From a virus (lineage: Duplodnaviria; Caudoviricetes): DNA of 64,000 bases. Below are positions 36,739 to 45,877 of this stretch, piece by piece. The first letter of the stretch is position 1. Each line of letters opens with the position of its first letter. The notes under the pieces were generated by a model. The model made no database searches. It saw only the letters and a list, made by a program, of their open reading frames with translations, and was not told the origin of the DNA. The DNA is taken from IMG/VR virus record IMGVR_UViG_2706795930_000001, positions 28,581-92,580 of that record. The stretch is one strand, 5' to 3'. A program made the position numbers and the translations under genes.

Positions 36739-37418
36739 TGCCGCACACTCTCCTGTCCGGCGTTGTCGGCAGTCAGGCGTACGGCCTCGCGACGCCCGAG
36801 AGCGACGTCGACACGATGAGCGTTCACGTCGAGCCGACCATGAACCTCGTCGGGATCAACAAGGCGCCCGAGGCCACGATCGAGACCAAGAACCCTGACT
36901 CTGTGAGCCATGAGGTCGGCAAGTTCTTGTGGCTCGCCCTGGAGGGCAACCCGAACATCCAGGAGCTTCTGTGGCTCAAGGACTGGACCCACCTGACCGG
37001 ATACGGGGAATGGCTCATTTCGATCCGCCAGCACTTCCTGTCCCAGCAGGTCAAGGAGCGGTACCTGGGGTACGCCAACAACCAGTTCAAGAAGTTCGAG
37101 AGCTCCGGCGGTAGCCGATTCGGGAATGTGCCGGTCAACCGCAACGAGAAGAACGCTCGCCACCTCCTCCGGCTCGTCAGGCAGGGGAAGCGGATCTGGT
37201 TGACGGGTCGCGTCGAGCTCGAAGTGCCGAATCCCGAAGAACTCCGCGCCGAGGCGAGATTCATCGCTGCCCACCCCGCCGGCCCTACACACGCGCTCCG
37301 CGTACTCGCCACCGCCGAGAAGTTCTTCGACGAGACGCCCACCAGCCTGCCTGAACTGCCCCGACGCGACCGGGCTGAGGAACTTCTCGCGCACATCCGA
37401 CGCACCCACATGAACTGA
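36738..37418 (+). CDS. DNA pol-beta superfamily nucleotidyltransferase (YcgL/RlaP-like)
   Basis: VVGSQAYGLATPESDVD, HEVGKF, GNPNIQELLW, KNARHLLRL. Confidence 0.88.
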   Translation: MPHTLLSGVVGSQAYGLATPESDVDTMSVHVEPTMNLVGINKAPEATIETKNPDSVSHEVGKFLWLALEGNPNIQELLWLKDWTHLTGYGEWLISIRQHFLSQQVKERYLGYANNQFKKFESSGGSRFGNVPVNRNEKNARHLLRLVRQGKRIWLTGRVELEVPNPEELRAEARFIAAHPAGPTHALRVLATAEKFFDETPTSLPELPRRDRAEELLAHIRRTHMN

Positions 37419-37434
37419 AAGGAACTGCGCCACA

Positions 37435-37641
37435 ATGGAACCGAACCTCGACGGCATGGTGCCGACCAGCGTCACGACAGTGGCCATCACGCCGACCCCG
37501 TACGACATCCGGCTGACCGCGCTCGGTCGGGCCCTTGAGCTCGCCCGCACGAATATCGAGTACGACGACCCGTCGCACGGGGAAGCGATCGTCGCCACCG
37601 CCCGCGTCTTCGAGACCTACCTGAACGGAGAATCCAAGTGA
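37435..37641 (+). CDS. hypothetical protein
   Basis: RALELA...IVATARVFETYL. Confidence 0.6.
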   Translation: MEPNLDGMVPTSVTTVAITPTPYDIRLTALGRALELARTNIEYDDPSHGEAIVATARVFETYLNGESK

Positions 37642-39017
37642 CCCTCACCTTCGAGCGACCACTCAACCCGAACTACGCCGCCACCGTCATCGAGCTCGGC
37701 TCGCCCACCACGCTCGCGAACCTCGACAACCTCGTCGGCTTCCCGGTCTACGGACTCCAGGCGCTGACCACCAAGGATCACTTCGCCGGCGAGCTGATGG
37801 TCGCGTTCACCGCGGAGACGCAGCTTTCCGAGGAGTTCGCCCGGGAGAACAACCTCTTCCGCAAGACCGAGCTCAACGCCGACCCCGAAGCCGACCGAGG
37901 CTACCTCGAAGAGAACCGACGGGTTCGAGCCATTCGCCTCCGTGGGGAGAAAAGCAGCGCTCTACTGTTGCCTGTCTCGTGCCTCACATACGCCGGTGTG
38001 GACCCATCCGATCTCGAGTCGGGCATGACGTTCGACCAGGTCAACGGTCACGAGATCTGCCGCAAGTACGTCGTTCCGGTCAAGGGCGGCAACGCGAATC
38101 GCGCCGCCAAGCAGGCCGAGAAGGTGTTCCGCCAGGTCGACGAGCGAGTCTTCCCGCGGCATGTCGAGACCGCCAACTTCTGGCGCTCACTCAACGAGCT
38201 GAAGCACTACGCCAGCGAGCTCATCATCACCCAGAAGCTCCACGGGACCAGCGTCCGCGCCGGCAACGTCCCCGTGCTCAACCCGCCGATCGAGCCGCGC
38301 TTCAACGGTCTGCGGCGCTCGCTGGGCCTCAAGCCGAAGCCCGCGGTCCCGGCGACCACCGTGTGGGCCGAGGACACCCGGTTCACCGTGGGCTCCAAGC
38401 GAGTCATCAAGGACGAGAACGCCACCCAGGGCTTCTACGGCGACGTCGACGTCTTCACCGTTGTCGCCGAGGAGCTGCTCGCCGGCAAGATCCCCGAGAA
38501 CTACATGGTCTACGGCGAGATCATCGGCTGGGTTCCCGGCACCGACAAGCCGATTCAGAAGGGCTACACCTACGGGCTCCCCGAAGGCCGAGCCGATCTG
38601 TACATCTACCGCGTCGCCACCATCAACCGCACCGGCCAGATCGCCGACCTCCCCTGGGATGCGGTCAAGACCTTCTGCCGTGAGCGCGGGCTGAAGTGGA
38701 CGCCCGAGCTGTTCCGCATTCCCGCCCGAATCCTGCAGGAGCGGGAGGACCGAGAGATTCTCGTGTTCAACATCGAGGACATCCTCGACCACCGCTTCGA
38801 GGATGCCTACCTCAGGGACGGTCTCGACTGGGCCGACAAGCCCGTGCCGCTCTCCGACCCGAAGTCGGTCGACGAGGGCGTGTGCATCCGCCAGGACTAC
38901 GGCGTCGTGCCGACCATCCTCAAGGCGAAGAGCCCGCTGTTCTTCGAGTACGAGACCAAGCAGGCCGACAAGGGCGAGATCGACATCGAGACCCTGGAAT
39001 CCGAGGCCGCAGCGTGA
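37638..39017 (+). CDS. RNA ligase (Rnl2/DRB0094-like with N-terminal OB domain)
   Basis: TQKLHGTS (motif I), VYGEIIG, EGVCIR, LKAKS; N-terminal RVRAIRLRGEKSSALL. Confidence 0.88.
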   Translation: MTLTFERPLNPNYAATVIELGSPTTLANLDNLVGFPVYGLQALTTKDHFAGELMVAFTAETQLSEEFARENNLFRKTELNADPEADRGYLEENRRVRAIRLRGEKSSALLLPVSCLTYAGVDPSDLESGMTFDQVNGHEICRKYVVPVKGGNANRAAKQAEKVFRQVDERVFPRHVETANFWRSLNELKHYASELIITQKLHGTSVRAGNVPVLNPPIEPRFNGLRRSLGLKPKPAVPATTVWAEDTRFTVGSKRVIKDENATQGFYGDVDVFTVVAEELLAGKIPENYMVYGEIIGWVPGTDKPIQKGYTYGLPEGRADLYIYRVATINRTGQIADLPWDAVKTFCRERGLKWTPELFRIPARILQEREDREILVFNIEDILDHRFEDAYLRDGLDWADKPVPLSDPKSVDEGVCIRQDYGVVPTILKAKSPLFFEYETKQADKGEIDIETLESEAAA

Positions 39018-39592
39018 CCGAGGAGTGGCGACCAGTCCCGGGTTGGGAGACGCACTACCAGGTGTCGAGCGCCGGCAATGTGCGGTCCATCGATCGCGTG
39101 ATCGATGATGCCCGCGGGTACCAGCGAGCCATGCGCGGCAAGGACCTCTCGCCGGCCACCCACCGCGACGGCTACCGGTTCGTCAACCTCCGCCGCGGTG
39201 ACGAGCAGCTCGTCATCAACGTCCGGCAGCTCGTGGCGGCCGCGTTCCTCGATCACCCGCTGCATGACAAGTCGAGGATCATCGTGAACCGCGACGAGTC
39301 CAGCCCGGCGGACGACAGCGTCGACAACCTCAAGCTCGTCGACGCGCTGGAGTTCCGTCGCGCCCAGGCCGAGCACGCCCGTGAAATGCGACCACGTACC
39401 GGGGCGTGCCGGCGCGGACACCAGATCGCCGGCCCCAACGCGGCGAACCATGGCGGCCGGGAAGTCTGCCGCTCATGCCACCTGGCGCGAAACTACGTCA
39501 GCCGCAACGGGTTGCCCAAGGATCAGCTCACAGCAGAGGCGGATCGGTACTACCAGCGCCTCACTGGTGCAGATCAGGCGGTTGCCGCATGA
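39014..39592 (+). CDS. NUMOD4/HNH-like protein (degenerate HNH)
   Basis: EEWRPVPGWETHYQVSSAGNVRS; CRRGH...CRSC C-terminus. Confidence 0.8.
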   Translation: MTEEWRPVPGWETHYQVSSAGNVRSIDRVIDDARGYQRAMRGKDLSPATHRDGYRFVNLRRGDEQLVINVRQLVAAAFLDHPLHDKSRIIVNRDESSPADDSVDNLKLVDALEFRRAQAEHAREMRPRTGACRRGHQIAGPNAANHGGREVCRSCHLARNYVSRNGLPKDQLTAEADRYYQRLTGADQAVAA

Positions 39593-40056
39593 GGATGGTC
39601 CGAGTCACGATCGACGACAAGGATCGAGCGAAGGCCGTCATCACGGCCCAGGAGATCAAGCTCAAGGCGGGCCGGGGGATCTTCACCGCACCGATGGCGA
39701 ATCACGTTGCGGGGGAGATCGCCCGGGTCGCGCCCCGGTCGTCGTACCGGCTGGAGGGCTACTTCTCGTCGTGTCGATCGGGTGGCTTCCAGCTCGGACT
39801 CGCCACCGAGGAAGATGCCGGGTCCTGGCGCGGCCTCACGATCACATTCGACGTCGACGGCAACGTCACCGAGTTGCGGCGGGTTTACCCGGACGCGTGG
39901 GACTACGGCATCGACGTCGAGCACGGCGACGAGGGTGCATGGCCGCCGTTCGTCGACCTCATGCACGCCGACGATGTCCCCGACCGACTCTGGGCCGACG
40001 AGTGGGACTTCTTCGTCGCCGACTGGCGCGACGACATGATGAAGGGGCTGTACTGA
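39589..40056 (+). CDS. hypothetical protein
   Basis: ATGA overlap. Confidence 0.6.
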   Translation: MRMVRVTIDDKDRAKAVITAQEIKLKAGRGIFTAPMANHVAGEIARVAPRSSYRLEGYFSSCRSGGFQLGLATEEDAGSWRGLTITFDVDGNVTELRRVYPDAWDYGIDVEHGDEGAWPPFVDLMHADDVPDRLWADEWDFFVADWRDDMMKGLY

Positions 40057-40057
40057 C

Positions 40058-40321
40058 ATGACCTACGTTCTGATCGTCCTCCTTGTCGCCGCGGCCGTCG
40101 GGATCTACAGCCAGCAGTCGCGAATCGAGGGCCTGCAGGACTATGTGCGCCACCTCGAATACGACCGGTCGCGCCAGGAGGACCTCGCCTACCGTCGCGG
40201 CGAGGTACTCCGAGAGATCAAGGCCCTCATCGAAGCTGGGCCCACGATTGGGACAGGGTTCATCCCGATCCGGGCGTCCATCGAAGGTACGTTCCGCCGG
40301 GCCGGGGGCAAGCTGCTCTGA
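40058..40321 (+). CDS. membrane-anchored protein
   Basis: N-terminal TM. Confidence 0.6.
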   Translation: MTYVLIVLLVAAAVGIYSQQSRIEGLQDYVRHLEYDRSRQEDLAYRRGEVLREIKALIEAGPTIGTGFIPIRASIEGTFRRAGGKLL

Positions 40322-40647
40322 TGGAGACCGTCTGCGACGAGTGGCCGAAGGCGCGAACGAAGCACCGATGCGGATTCTGCGGTCGGACAATCGATCCGGG
40401 CGAGCGCTACCGCCGTCAGTTCAACAAGGATGGCGGGGACGTCTGGACGTGGAAGAACTGCGCCCACTGCGACGCCGCCGCGGTCATGCTCGACCTCTAC
40501 TACGACTGGGATGACGGCATCACCTCAGACCACTTCGTCGACCATGACCCGGAAGACGCCCGCGAGGAGTTCCTCCTCGAAAGCTGGCGGGCTCAGTGGC
40601 GATACCCCAGCGGCCGGCTCATGCCGGTCCCCAGCACGAAGGAGTGA
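40321..40647 (+). CDS. zinc-ribbon phage protein
   Basis: KARTKHRCGFCGRTIDPGERY...CAHC. Confidence 0.7.
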   Translation: METVCDEWPKARTKHRCGFCGRTIDPGERYRRQFNKDGGDVWTWKNCAHCDAAAVMLDLYYDWDDGITSDHFVDHDPEDAREEFLLESWRAQWRYPSGRLMPVPSTKE

Positions 40648-40649
40648 AC

Positions 40650-40844
40650 ATGAACCGATTCGAGATCGTCATCTCCGGCGACCTCGACGTGGAAGCGCTC
40701 AATCACGAAGCGGCCGAGGGGCTTGCATCGGAACTCCAGGACAAGATCCGGGAAGTTCTGACCCGCAAGAAGTACCAACCGCTGTCCATCGAGGCGCTGT
40801 ACGTCGACGCATACCCAGTCGAAAAGGAGGCCTCTGGTGGGTGA
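40650..40844 (+). CDS. hypothetical protein
   Basis: AAGGAG SD. Confidence 0.55.
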   Translation: MNRFEIVISGDLDVEALNHEAAEGLASELQDKIREVLTRKKYQPLSIEALYVDAYPVEKEASGG

Positions 40845-41160
40845 GGAGCGGAAGCGGATCACGAAGCTGCCGGACTACCGCACCGGCGCCAGGGCAACGC
40901 GCTGGATTGGCATGAGCTACGAGGGTGGCCGGGAAGCCGCTGACGAGCATGTCGGAACGGACCTCTGGGTCTCGACCGAGCCAGACTCGGGCCTGCTCCA
41001 GACCGCGATGCTCCTCGAAGAAGCGCTGCGCCGGCTGCAGGAGATCGAGGCGTACGTGTCGATCTATGAGCTGCCTGACCGGGAACGGCCACCGCGGTCC
41101 TTCGAGGCCGACATCTGTGCCATGGTGCGCAAGGGCTCGTGGGGGAGGGATGTCGCATGA
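40837..41160 (+). CDS. hypothetical protein
   Basis: AGGAGG SD. Confidence 0.55.
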   Translation: MGEERKRITKLPDYRTGARATRWIGMSYEGGREAADEHVGTDLWVSTEPDSGLLQTAMLLEEALRRLQEIEAYVSIYELPDRERPPRSFEADICAMVRKGSWGRDVA

Positions 41161-41762
41161 TCCCCGACCCGCACCGAACCGTGGTTGCCAACACGACCGA
41201 GCATCGGATGACTGTCCTTCGCCACGACGGTCTCTACCGCCACCTCCGGTTCGCCAAGCCCGGCACCGGGATCTGGCGCTTCGACCTGATCACGTGGCCC
41301 GGGCACCTCGTCATCACTGGCGACCTCGAAGACTTCCATTTCAGCCGGATCGACGACATGTTCCAGTTCTTCCGTGGCCCCGTGGGGAGGATCAACCCCG
41401 GGTATTGGCGCGAGAAACTCCGCGGGCCGGTGCAAGTCCGGGGGTACTCACCCGAAGCTGCCCGGCGCGAGGTGGTCGAGCAGTTCATGCATCAGCGCCA
41501 CGACCTCGATGAAGCAGCGCCGGTGTGGCGAGAGATCCGATACGAGATCCTCGACGACGACTACGTGATGGGCGACGAGGTGCTGTTCCGGCAGGCCGTC
41601 GGCCGATTCCGCTACGAGGACTTCGAGTTCCACTACGTGTGGGAGTGGGACCTGCGTGAGTACGACTTCCACTACCTCCTGTCGCTCCACGCGATCGTGT
41701 GGGGAATCAACGAGTACGACAAGCAGCTTTCGGGCAACCTACCGCAAGGCGACGCGGGGTGA
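41157..41762 (+). CDS. conserved phage protein (DGLYRHLRF...FDLITWPGHL family)
   Basis: Recognisable family motif. Confidence 0.75.
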   Translation: MIPDPHRTVVANTTEHRMTVLRHDGLYRHLRFAKPGTGIWRFDLITWPGHLVITGDLEDFHFSRIDDMFQFFRGPVGRINPGYWREKLRGPVQVRGYSPEAARREVVEQFMHQRHDLDEAAPVWREIRYEILDDDYVMGDEVLFRQAVGRFRYEDFEFHYVWEWDLREYDFHYLLSLHAIVWGINEYDKQLSGNLPQGDAG

Positions 41763-42115
41763 CCGGCCCGGAATGGCGTCCGATCCCAGGCTACGAGGGG
41801 TTCTACGAGGCGTCCGACGCCGGCCAGATCCGGCGGCTGACCCGGATCGTCGCCCGGAAGTCCGACGGCGAGGCCACCCACTACGGCCGCGAGCTCACCA
41901 TCTCGTACAACGACCGCGGCTACCCGCAGGTGCGCCTCAGCCGAGAAGGCACCACCAAGCTCCACATGGCCGCCCGACTGATCCTGTCCGCATTCCGGGG
42001 TCCGGGCGACTGGGATGAGGTCGCAGTACCCATCGACGGCGACTGGACCAACCTCGACGTCGACAACCTGGCATGGATGAGCCGAATGCAGCTCGCCGAC
42101 AACAAGAGAGGATGA
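41759..42115 (+). CDS. NUMOD4/HNH-like protein (degenerate HNH)
   Basis: EWRPIPGYEGFYEASDAGQIR; IDGDWTNLDVDNLAW. Confidence 0.75.
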   Translation: MTGPEWRPIPGYEGFYEASDAGQIRRLTRIVARKSDGEATHYGRELTISYNDRGYPQVRLSREGTTKLHMAARLILSAFRGPGDWDEVAVPIDGDWTNLDVDNLAWMSRMQLADNKRG

Positions 42116-42321
42116 CCATGGAGCCATCAGAACTGCGTCAGAGCGACGTGGGCCGAGCCCTGGAGATCGCCACCAAGGTGAAGTCGAAGCCGATCCGCGG
42201 GACGATCCTCGAACTCCTGCCACCGAAGGGCGGGGTTGTCCGCGTCCTCCTGCGTCAGGGCTTCGGGAACCGTTGGCACACACTGACGTCAGTGGACAGC
42301 GTTGAGCTTCCCGCTAACTAG
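42112..42321 (+). CDS. hypothetical protein
   Basis: ATGA overlap. Confidence 0.5.
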   Translation: MTMEPSELRQSDVGRALEIATKVKSKPIRGTILELLPPKGGVVRVLLRQGFGNRWHTLTSVDSVELPAN

Positions 42322-42335
42322 TGTTGCGTGTCTCG
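42322..42335 (+). promoter_or_regulatory. 14-bp operator motif upstream of MazG-like gene
   Basis: TGTTGCGTGTCTCG. Confidence 0.7.
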
Positions 42336-42379
42336 TACGTGCTAGAGTCGCATCCGAACAAGAGAAAGGGGAGCAGCCA

Positions 42380-42865
42380 ATGAGCGTGTTCACCGATGTG
42401 CAGAAGTTCCACGACGCGGCCGAGGTCGAGCGACCATCCGGTCCCGTCGTCCATCCGATCCCGTACGGCGTCAGCGCCCATCAGGCCAAGATGGTTGCCA
42501 TCCACCTGGAGCTGGCCGCCACCAGCGCATTCCATGCGAGCAAGTCCAGCCCCGACAGTGTCGCCCTCCGACGCATCCGCCTCATGGTCGAGGAACTGCA
42601 CGAGACCATCGACGCGATGATCAAGGGCGACCTTCCGAAGATCGCCGACGGCCTCGCCGACTGTGGCGTCGTGAACGCCGGCACCGCCGACGAGTACGGC
42701 ATCGACCTCGACGCCGTCCATGCCCTCGTCCAGGACGCGAACATGGCCAAGGCCAACCCGGAGACCGGGAAGTTCGACAAGGACCCGGCCGGCAAGATCA
42801 TCAAGCCCGAGGGCTGGACCGCCCCCGACGCCGCGATCGCAGAACTCGTGGGGGTGGCAGCGTGA
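42380..42865 (+). CDS. MazG-like NTP pyrophosphohydrolase
   Basis: RIRLMVEELHE...IADGLAD...VQDANMAK...GKIIKPEGW. Confidence 0.88.
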   Translation: MSVFTDVQKFHDAAEVERPSGPVVHPIPYGVSAHQAKMVAIHLELAATSAFHASKSSPDSVALRRIRLMVEELHETIDAMIKGDLPKIADGLADCGVVNAGTADEYGIDLDAVHALVQDANMAKANPETGKFDKDPAGKIIKPEGWTAPDAAIAELVGVAA

Positions 42866-43125
42866 GCGCCGCCTCCTCGGGAAAGAACCTCCGCCGCGGG
42901 CTGTTCTGGGGTGCAGCCCTCGTGACTTCGCTGCTCGGCGCAGCCAAGCTCGGTGGCGCTGACATCGCACTGTGGGCCGTCTTCATCCCGATTTACGTGT
43001 GGGTCGGCATCAAGACCGTCGCCAACCTGATCCTCGGATTCCTGGTCACCATCTACATCCGGACGAACTCGGTCGGCGAACTCACGAAGATCCTCGACGG
43101 CTCGGCACAGAAGCGCCGCCGATGA
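42862..43125 (+). CDS. membrane protein
   Basis: 2 TM; WAVFIPIYV. Confidence 0.6.
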   Translation: MSAASSGKNLRRGLFWGAALVTSLLGAAKLGGADIALWAVFIPIYVWVGIKTVANLILGFLVTIYIRTNSVGELTKILDGSAQKRRR

Positions 43126-44039
43126 CCACCCTGACCTGCATGCGCGGGTACCCGGGATCAGGGAAGTCCACCCTGGCGCGGCAGATGGCATCAAAAAACC
43201 ATGCCGTCGTCGTCGGGCGGGACTACCTTCGGCAGATGTTGGGCGGGGTGGACTACTCGTACGACTCTGAGTTCGAGGACCGAGTCACGATCGCACAGAA
43301 GGCCCAGGTAACCGCGCTGCTCAAGTCGGGCGTCGACGTGATCGTCGACGACACCAACCTGAACTCGGGGTACCTCAAGGCGTTCCGCGATCTCGCTCGT
43401 CGCGCCGGGGCTGAGTTCCTCGTCGCTGATGTCCGCACCGACGTCGATACGTGCATCGCTCGTGACTTCGCACGCTTCGAGCAGGGCGGTCGGTACGTCG
43501 GCGACGCGGTCATTCGCAAGATGGCCAAGCGTTGGCCGATGGACAAGTGGCCGGCCATCAAGCCGCGGCGGCCGATCATCGTCGAACCGCTGGAGCCGGG
43601 GGAGAACGACCCCTCGAAGGCCCCGGCGGTCATCGTCGACATCGACGGAACGCTCGCGGACATGGCCGGCAAGCGCAGCCCGTACGACTACTCGAAGGTC
43701 TCCGGGGATCTGCTTCACGAGGACGTTGCGTATCTCGTACGCAAACTGGCGGCCGGCAACACGATCATCATCATGTCCGGTCGGGACGACTCCTGCCTCG
43801 GCGACACCGTTGTGTGGCTGCAGCAACACGGGATTCCGTTCGACGAGCTGCACATGCGTCCGGCCAAGTCCTCCGGGAAGGACGCTGATCCGGACTGGAT
43901 TGTGAAGCTCGCGCTGTTCAACGAGTACGTCCGTGGTCGCTACCACGTCCGGATGGTCATCGACGATCGCGATCAGGTCGTCGAGCTCTGGCGGAAGCTC
44001 GGACTGCGCTGCCTGCAGGTCGCGCCGGGCGACTTCTGA
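43122..44039 (+). CDS. polynucleotide kinase/3'-phosphatase (T4 Pnkp-like)
   Basis: GYPGSGKST P-loop, DDTNL; HAD DIDGT, SGR, DDRDQVV. Confidence 0.93.
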   Translation: MTTLTCMRGYPGSGKSTLARQMASKNHAVVVGRDYLRQMLGGVDYSYDSEFEDRVTIAQKAQVTALLKSGVDVIVDDTNLNSGYLKAFRDLARRAGAEFLVADVRTDVDTCIARDFARFEQGGRYVGDAVIRKMAKRWPMDKWPAIKPRRPIIVEPLEPGENDPSKAPAVIVDIDGTLADMAGKRSPYDYSKVSGDLLHEDVAYLVRKLAAGNTIIIMSGRDDSCLGDTVVWLQQHGIPFDELHMRPAKSSGKDADPDWIVKLALFNEYVRGRYHVRMVIDDRDQVVELWRKLGLRCLQVAPGDF

Positions 44040-44074
44040 CCCGCCACATCACCCTCGCGCTCAGCATCGTGCTG

Positions 44075-44206
44075 ATGCCTCCCCGCTCGGTCGAGGGGGC
44101 ATCAGCACGCCTGTGCCGCTACTACGGCCACAAGTGGACCGAAATGGCCGAGGGCCCAACACGTTCCGAATGCCAATTCTGCAACCAGACAAGGAGGATC
44201 GCATGA
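44075..44206 (+). CDS. 43-aa Cys/His micro-protein (not in ORF track)
   Basis: LCRYYGHKW...ECQFC; ATGA overlap with next gene. Confidence 0.5.
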   Translation: MPPRSVEGASARLCRYYGHKWTEMAEGPTRSECQFCNQTRRIA

Positions 44207-44442
44207 CCGAAACCGACAAAGACTTCCGCAGTCTCATCGACGACGTCCGCGAGATGAACGACCCCATCGATCGCGAGATCCGGATCGCCGACTTCACTGC
44301 CGAGCACCTCATCGAGAAGCGCGTAGACCGCAACCTCGACATGTCCCGCATCGCCGCCCGCATGGCCGAAGACGGCGAGGAGATCCGCCGGCTGTGCGAG
44401 ATGCTCTACGGGCTGGGGGTGGACCCATATGCGCACGCGTAA
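44203..44442 (+). CDS. hypothetical protein
   Basis: AAGGAGG SD. Confidence 0.6.
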   Translation: MTETDKDFRSLIDDVREMNDPIDREIRIADFTAEHLIEKRVDRNLDMSRIAARMAEDGEEIRRLCEMLYGLGVDPYAHA

Positions 44443-44656
44443 TCGACACAAGACCGCGGGGGCAGCAGTGGCCCTCACCGCCGCCGCCCTCATCCTCACC
44501 GGGTGCGCCGTCGACAACCACAACGGCGAGGGCGACTGGGGCGAGGAGCCGAAACTCGTCGAGATCCACCTCGACGACGGCCGCTCGCTACCCTGCCTGT
44601 TCGTCGGCAGAGGACATACCCGAGCGATGTCCTGCGACTGGGGGGCTGCGCACTGA
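44429..44656 (+). CDS. small lipoprotein
   Basis: Lipobox LTGC; DGRSLPC...MSCDW. Confidence 0.7.
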   Translation: MRTRNRHKTAGAAVALTAAALILTGCAVDNHNGEGDWGEEPKLVEIHLDDGRSLPCLFVGRGHTRAMSCDWGAAH

Positions 44657-45237
44657 TGGCCCGCATCATGCTCGATCTCGACGGTGTCATCTTCGACTTC
44701 GTTGGCGCCCTGCGCGATTTCATGACCGACGACCTCGGCTTCAATGCCGACGACTTGCCCGAGCCGACCGAGTGGGCGTTCTACGAGGAGTGGGGCCTCA
44801 CCGCCAAGGGCTTCGAGATGGTCTACAACAACGCCATTCTCAACGGTGAGCTGTTCACTCAGTTGCCGGCGCGAGAGGCGGACGTGACGGCCCTGCATTG
44901 GCTGCGCGATCGCCTCCACACCATCCACATCGTCACCGCCCGAGGCATGGGTGCAAGCGCACCGGTGGCTCACCTGCAGACCGTCGAATGGTTGCGCGTC
45001 AACAACATCCCGTACGACACCCTCACGTTCGCCTCGGACAAGACGCTGATCCAGACCGACTACGCGCTCGAAGACCGACGCGAGAACTACAAGGCCCTGC
45101 GCGCCAACAAGACCGAGGCATTCCTGTTCGACCAGCCGTACAACCAGGACGTCCCGGGCTGCAGCAAGCGCTCCCGTCGGGTCCGCAGTGTGTACGAGTT
45201 CGCGCAGGCCATCAGCCGCGAGAACCAGCCCTTCTGA
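44656..45237 (+). CDS. HAD 5'(3')-deoxyribonucleotidase
   Basis: LDLDGVIFDF, IVTAR, DKT, LEDR, DQPYN. Confidence 0.85.
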   Translation: MARIMLDLDGVIFDFVGALRDFMTDDLGFNADDLPEPTEWAFYEEWGLTAKGFEMVYNNAILNGELFTQLPAREADVTALHWLRDRLHTIHIVTARGMGASAPVAHLQTVEWLRVNNIPYDTLTFASDKTLIQTDYALEDRRENYKALRANKTEAFLFDQPYNQDVPGCSKRSRRVRSVYEFAQAISRENQPF

Positions 45238-45247
45238 AGGAGATGAA

Positions 45248-45877
45248 TTGAGCACCCTCACCGGCGAAGAAGTTCGCCAGACATCGTCCACCGGCGCCCA
45301 GAAGGGCCAGAAGATCCAGCGCGTTGACCTCCTGCCCGTCGGCCCCCTCCTGAAGGTCGCCGAGCACTACGGCCGCGGCGCCGAGAAGTACGCCGAGCGG
45401 AACTGGGAAGCCGGGTACGACTGGAGCCTCAGCTACCAGTCGATGATGCGCCACGCCCTGCAGTTCTGGGCCGGCGAGGACATCGACGAGGAGATCGGCA
45501 CGCCGCACCTGGCCGCCGTCATCTTCCACGCCCTCGCCCTCCTGGAGTTCATGGAGACCCACCGCGAGTTCGACAACCGACCATCGGTGAAGTCGAAGAA
45601 GAGCGCCGGCGCCATGCCAAAGGTCGCGACCAGTGGCTTGTGGGACACCCCCGGCCGGGCACCGGGGAACGTGGTCTGCCTGGTTGACGAATACGGCTGG
45701 CACTGGCGCCGGATCGATGGGCGGTGGTATCACGCCGCCACGAAGAAGATTGCCCCGGGCCATCCCGAGTTCTGGGACATGTCGAGCTGGACTCCCGCCG
45801 GCGATCTCGAAGATCACATGTGGGCCTATCGGAAGCCGTTCAGGGCAGTTGGCATCGCAGAAGGGCTCACCCCGTGA
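45248..45877 (+). CDS. dATP/dGTP diphosphohydrolase-like (DUF5664) protein
   Basis: SSTGAQK...DLLP...GAEKYAERNWEAG...RHA...GEDIDEEIGTPHLAA. Confidence 0.8.
   Translation: MSTLTGEEVRQTSSTGAQKGQKIQRVDLLPVGPLLKVAEHYGRGAEKYAERNWEAGYDWSLSYQSMMRHALQFWAGEDIDEEIGTPHLAAVIFHALALLEFMETHREFDNRPSVKSKKSAGAMPKVATSGLWDTPGRAPGNVVCLVDEYGWHWRRIDGRWYHAATKKIAPGHPEFWDMSSWTPAGDLEDHMWAYRKPFRAVGIAEGLTP

Noticed and set aside
45248-45877. DUF5664 and MazG as evidence for a 2-aminoadenine (Z) genome
   Set aside because: No purZ and no DNA polymerase in the window; these hydrolases occur in many unmodified phages
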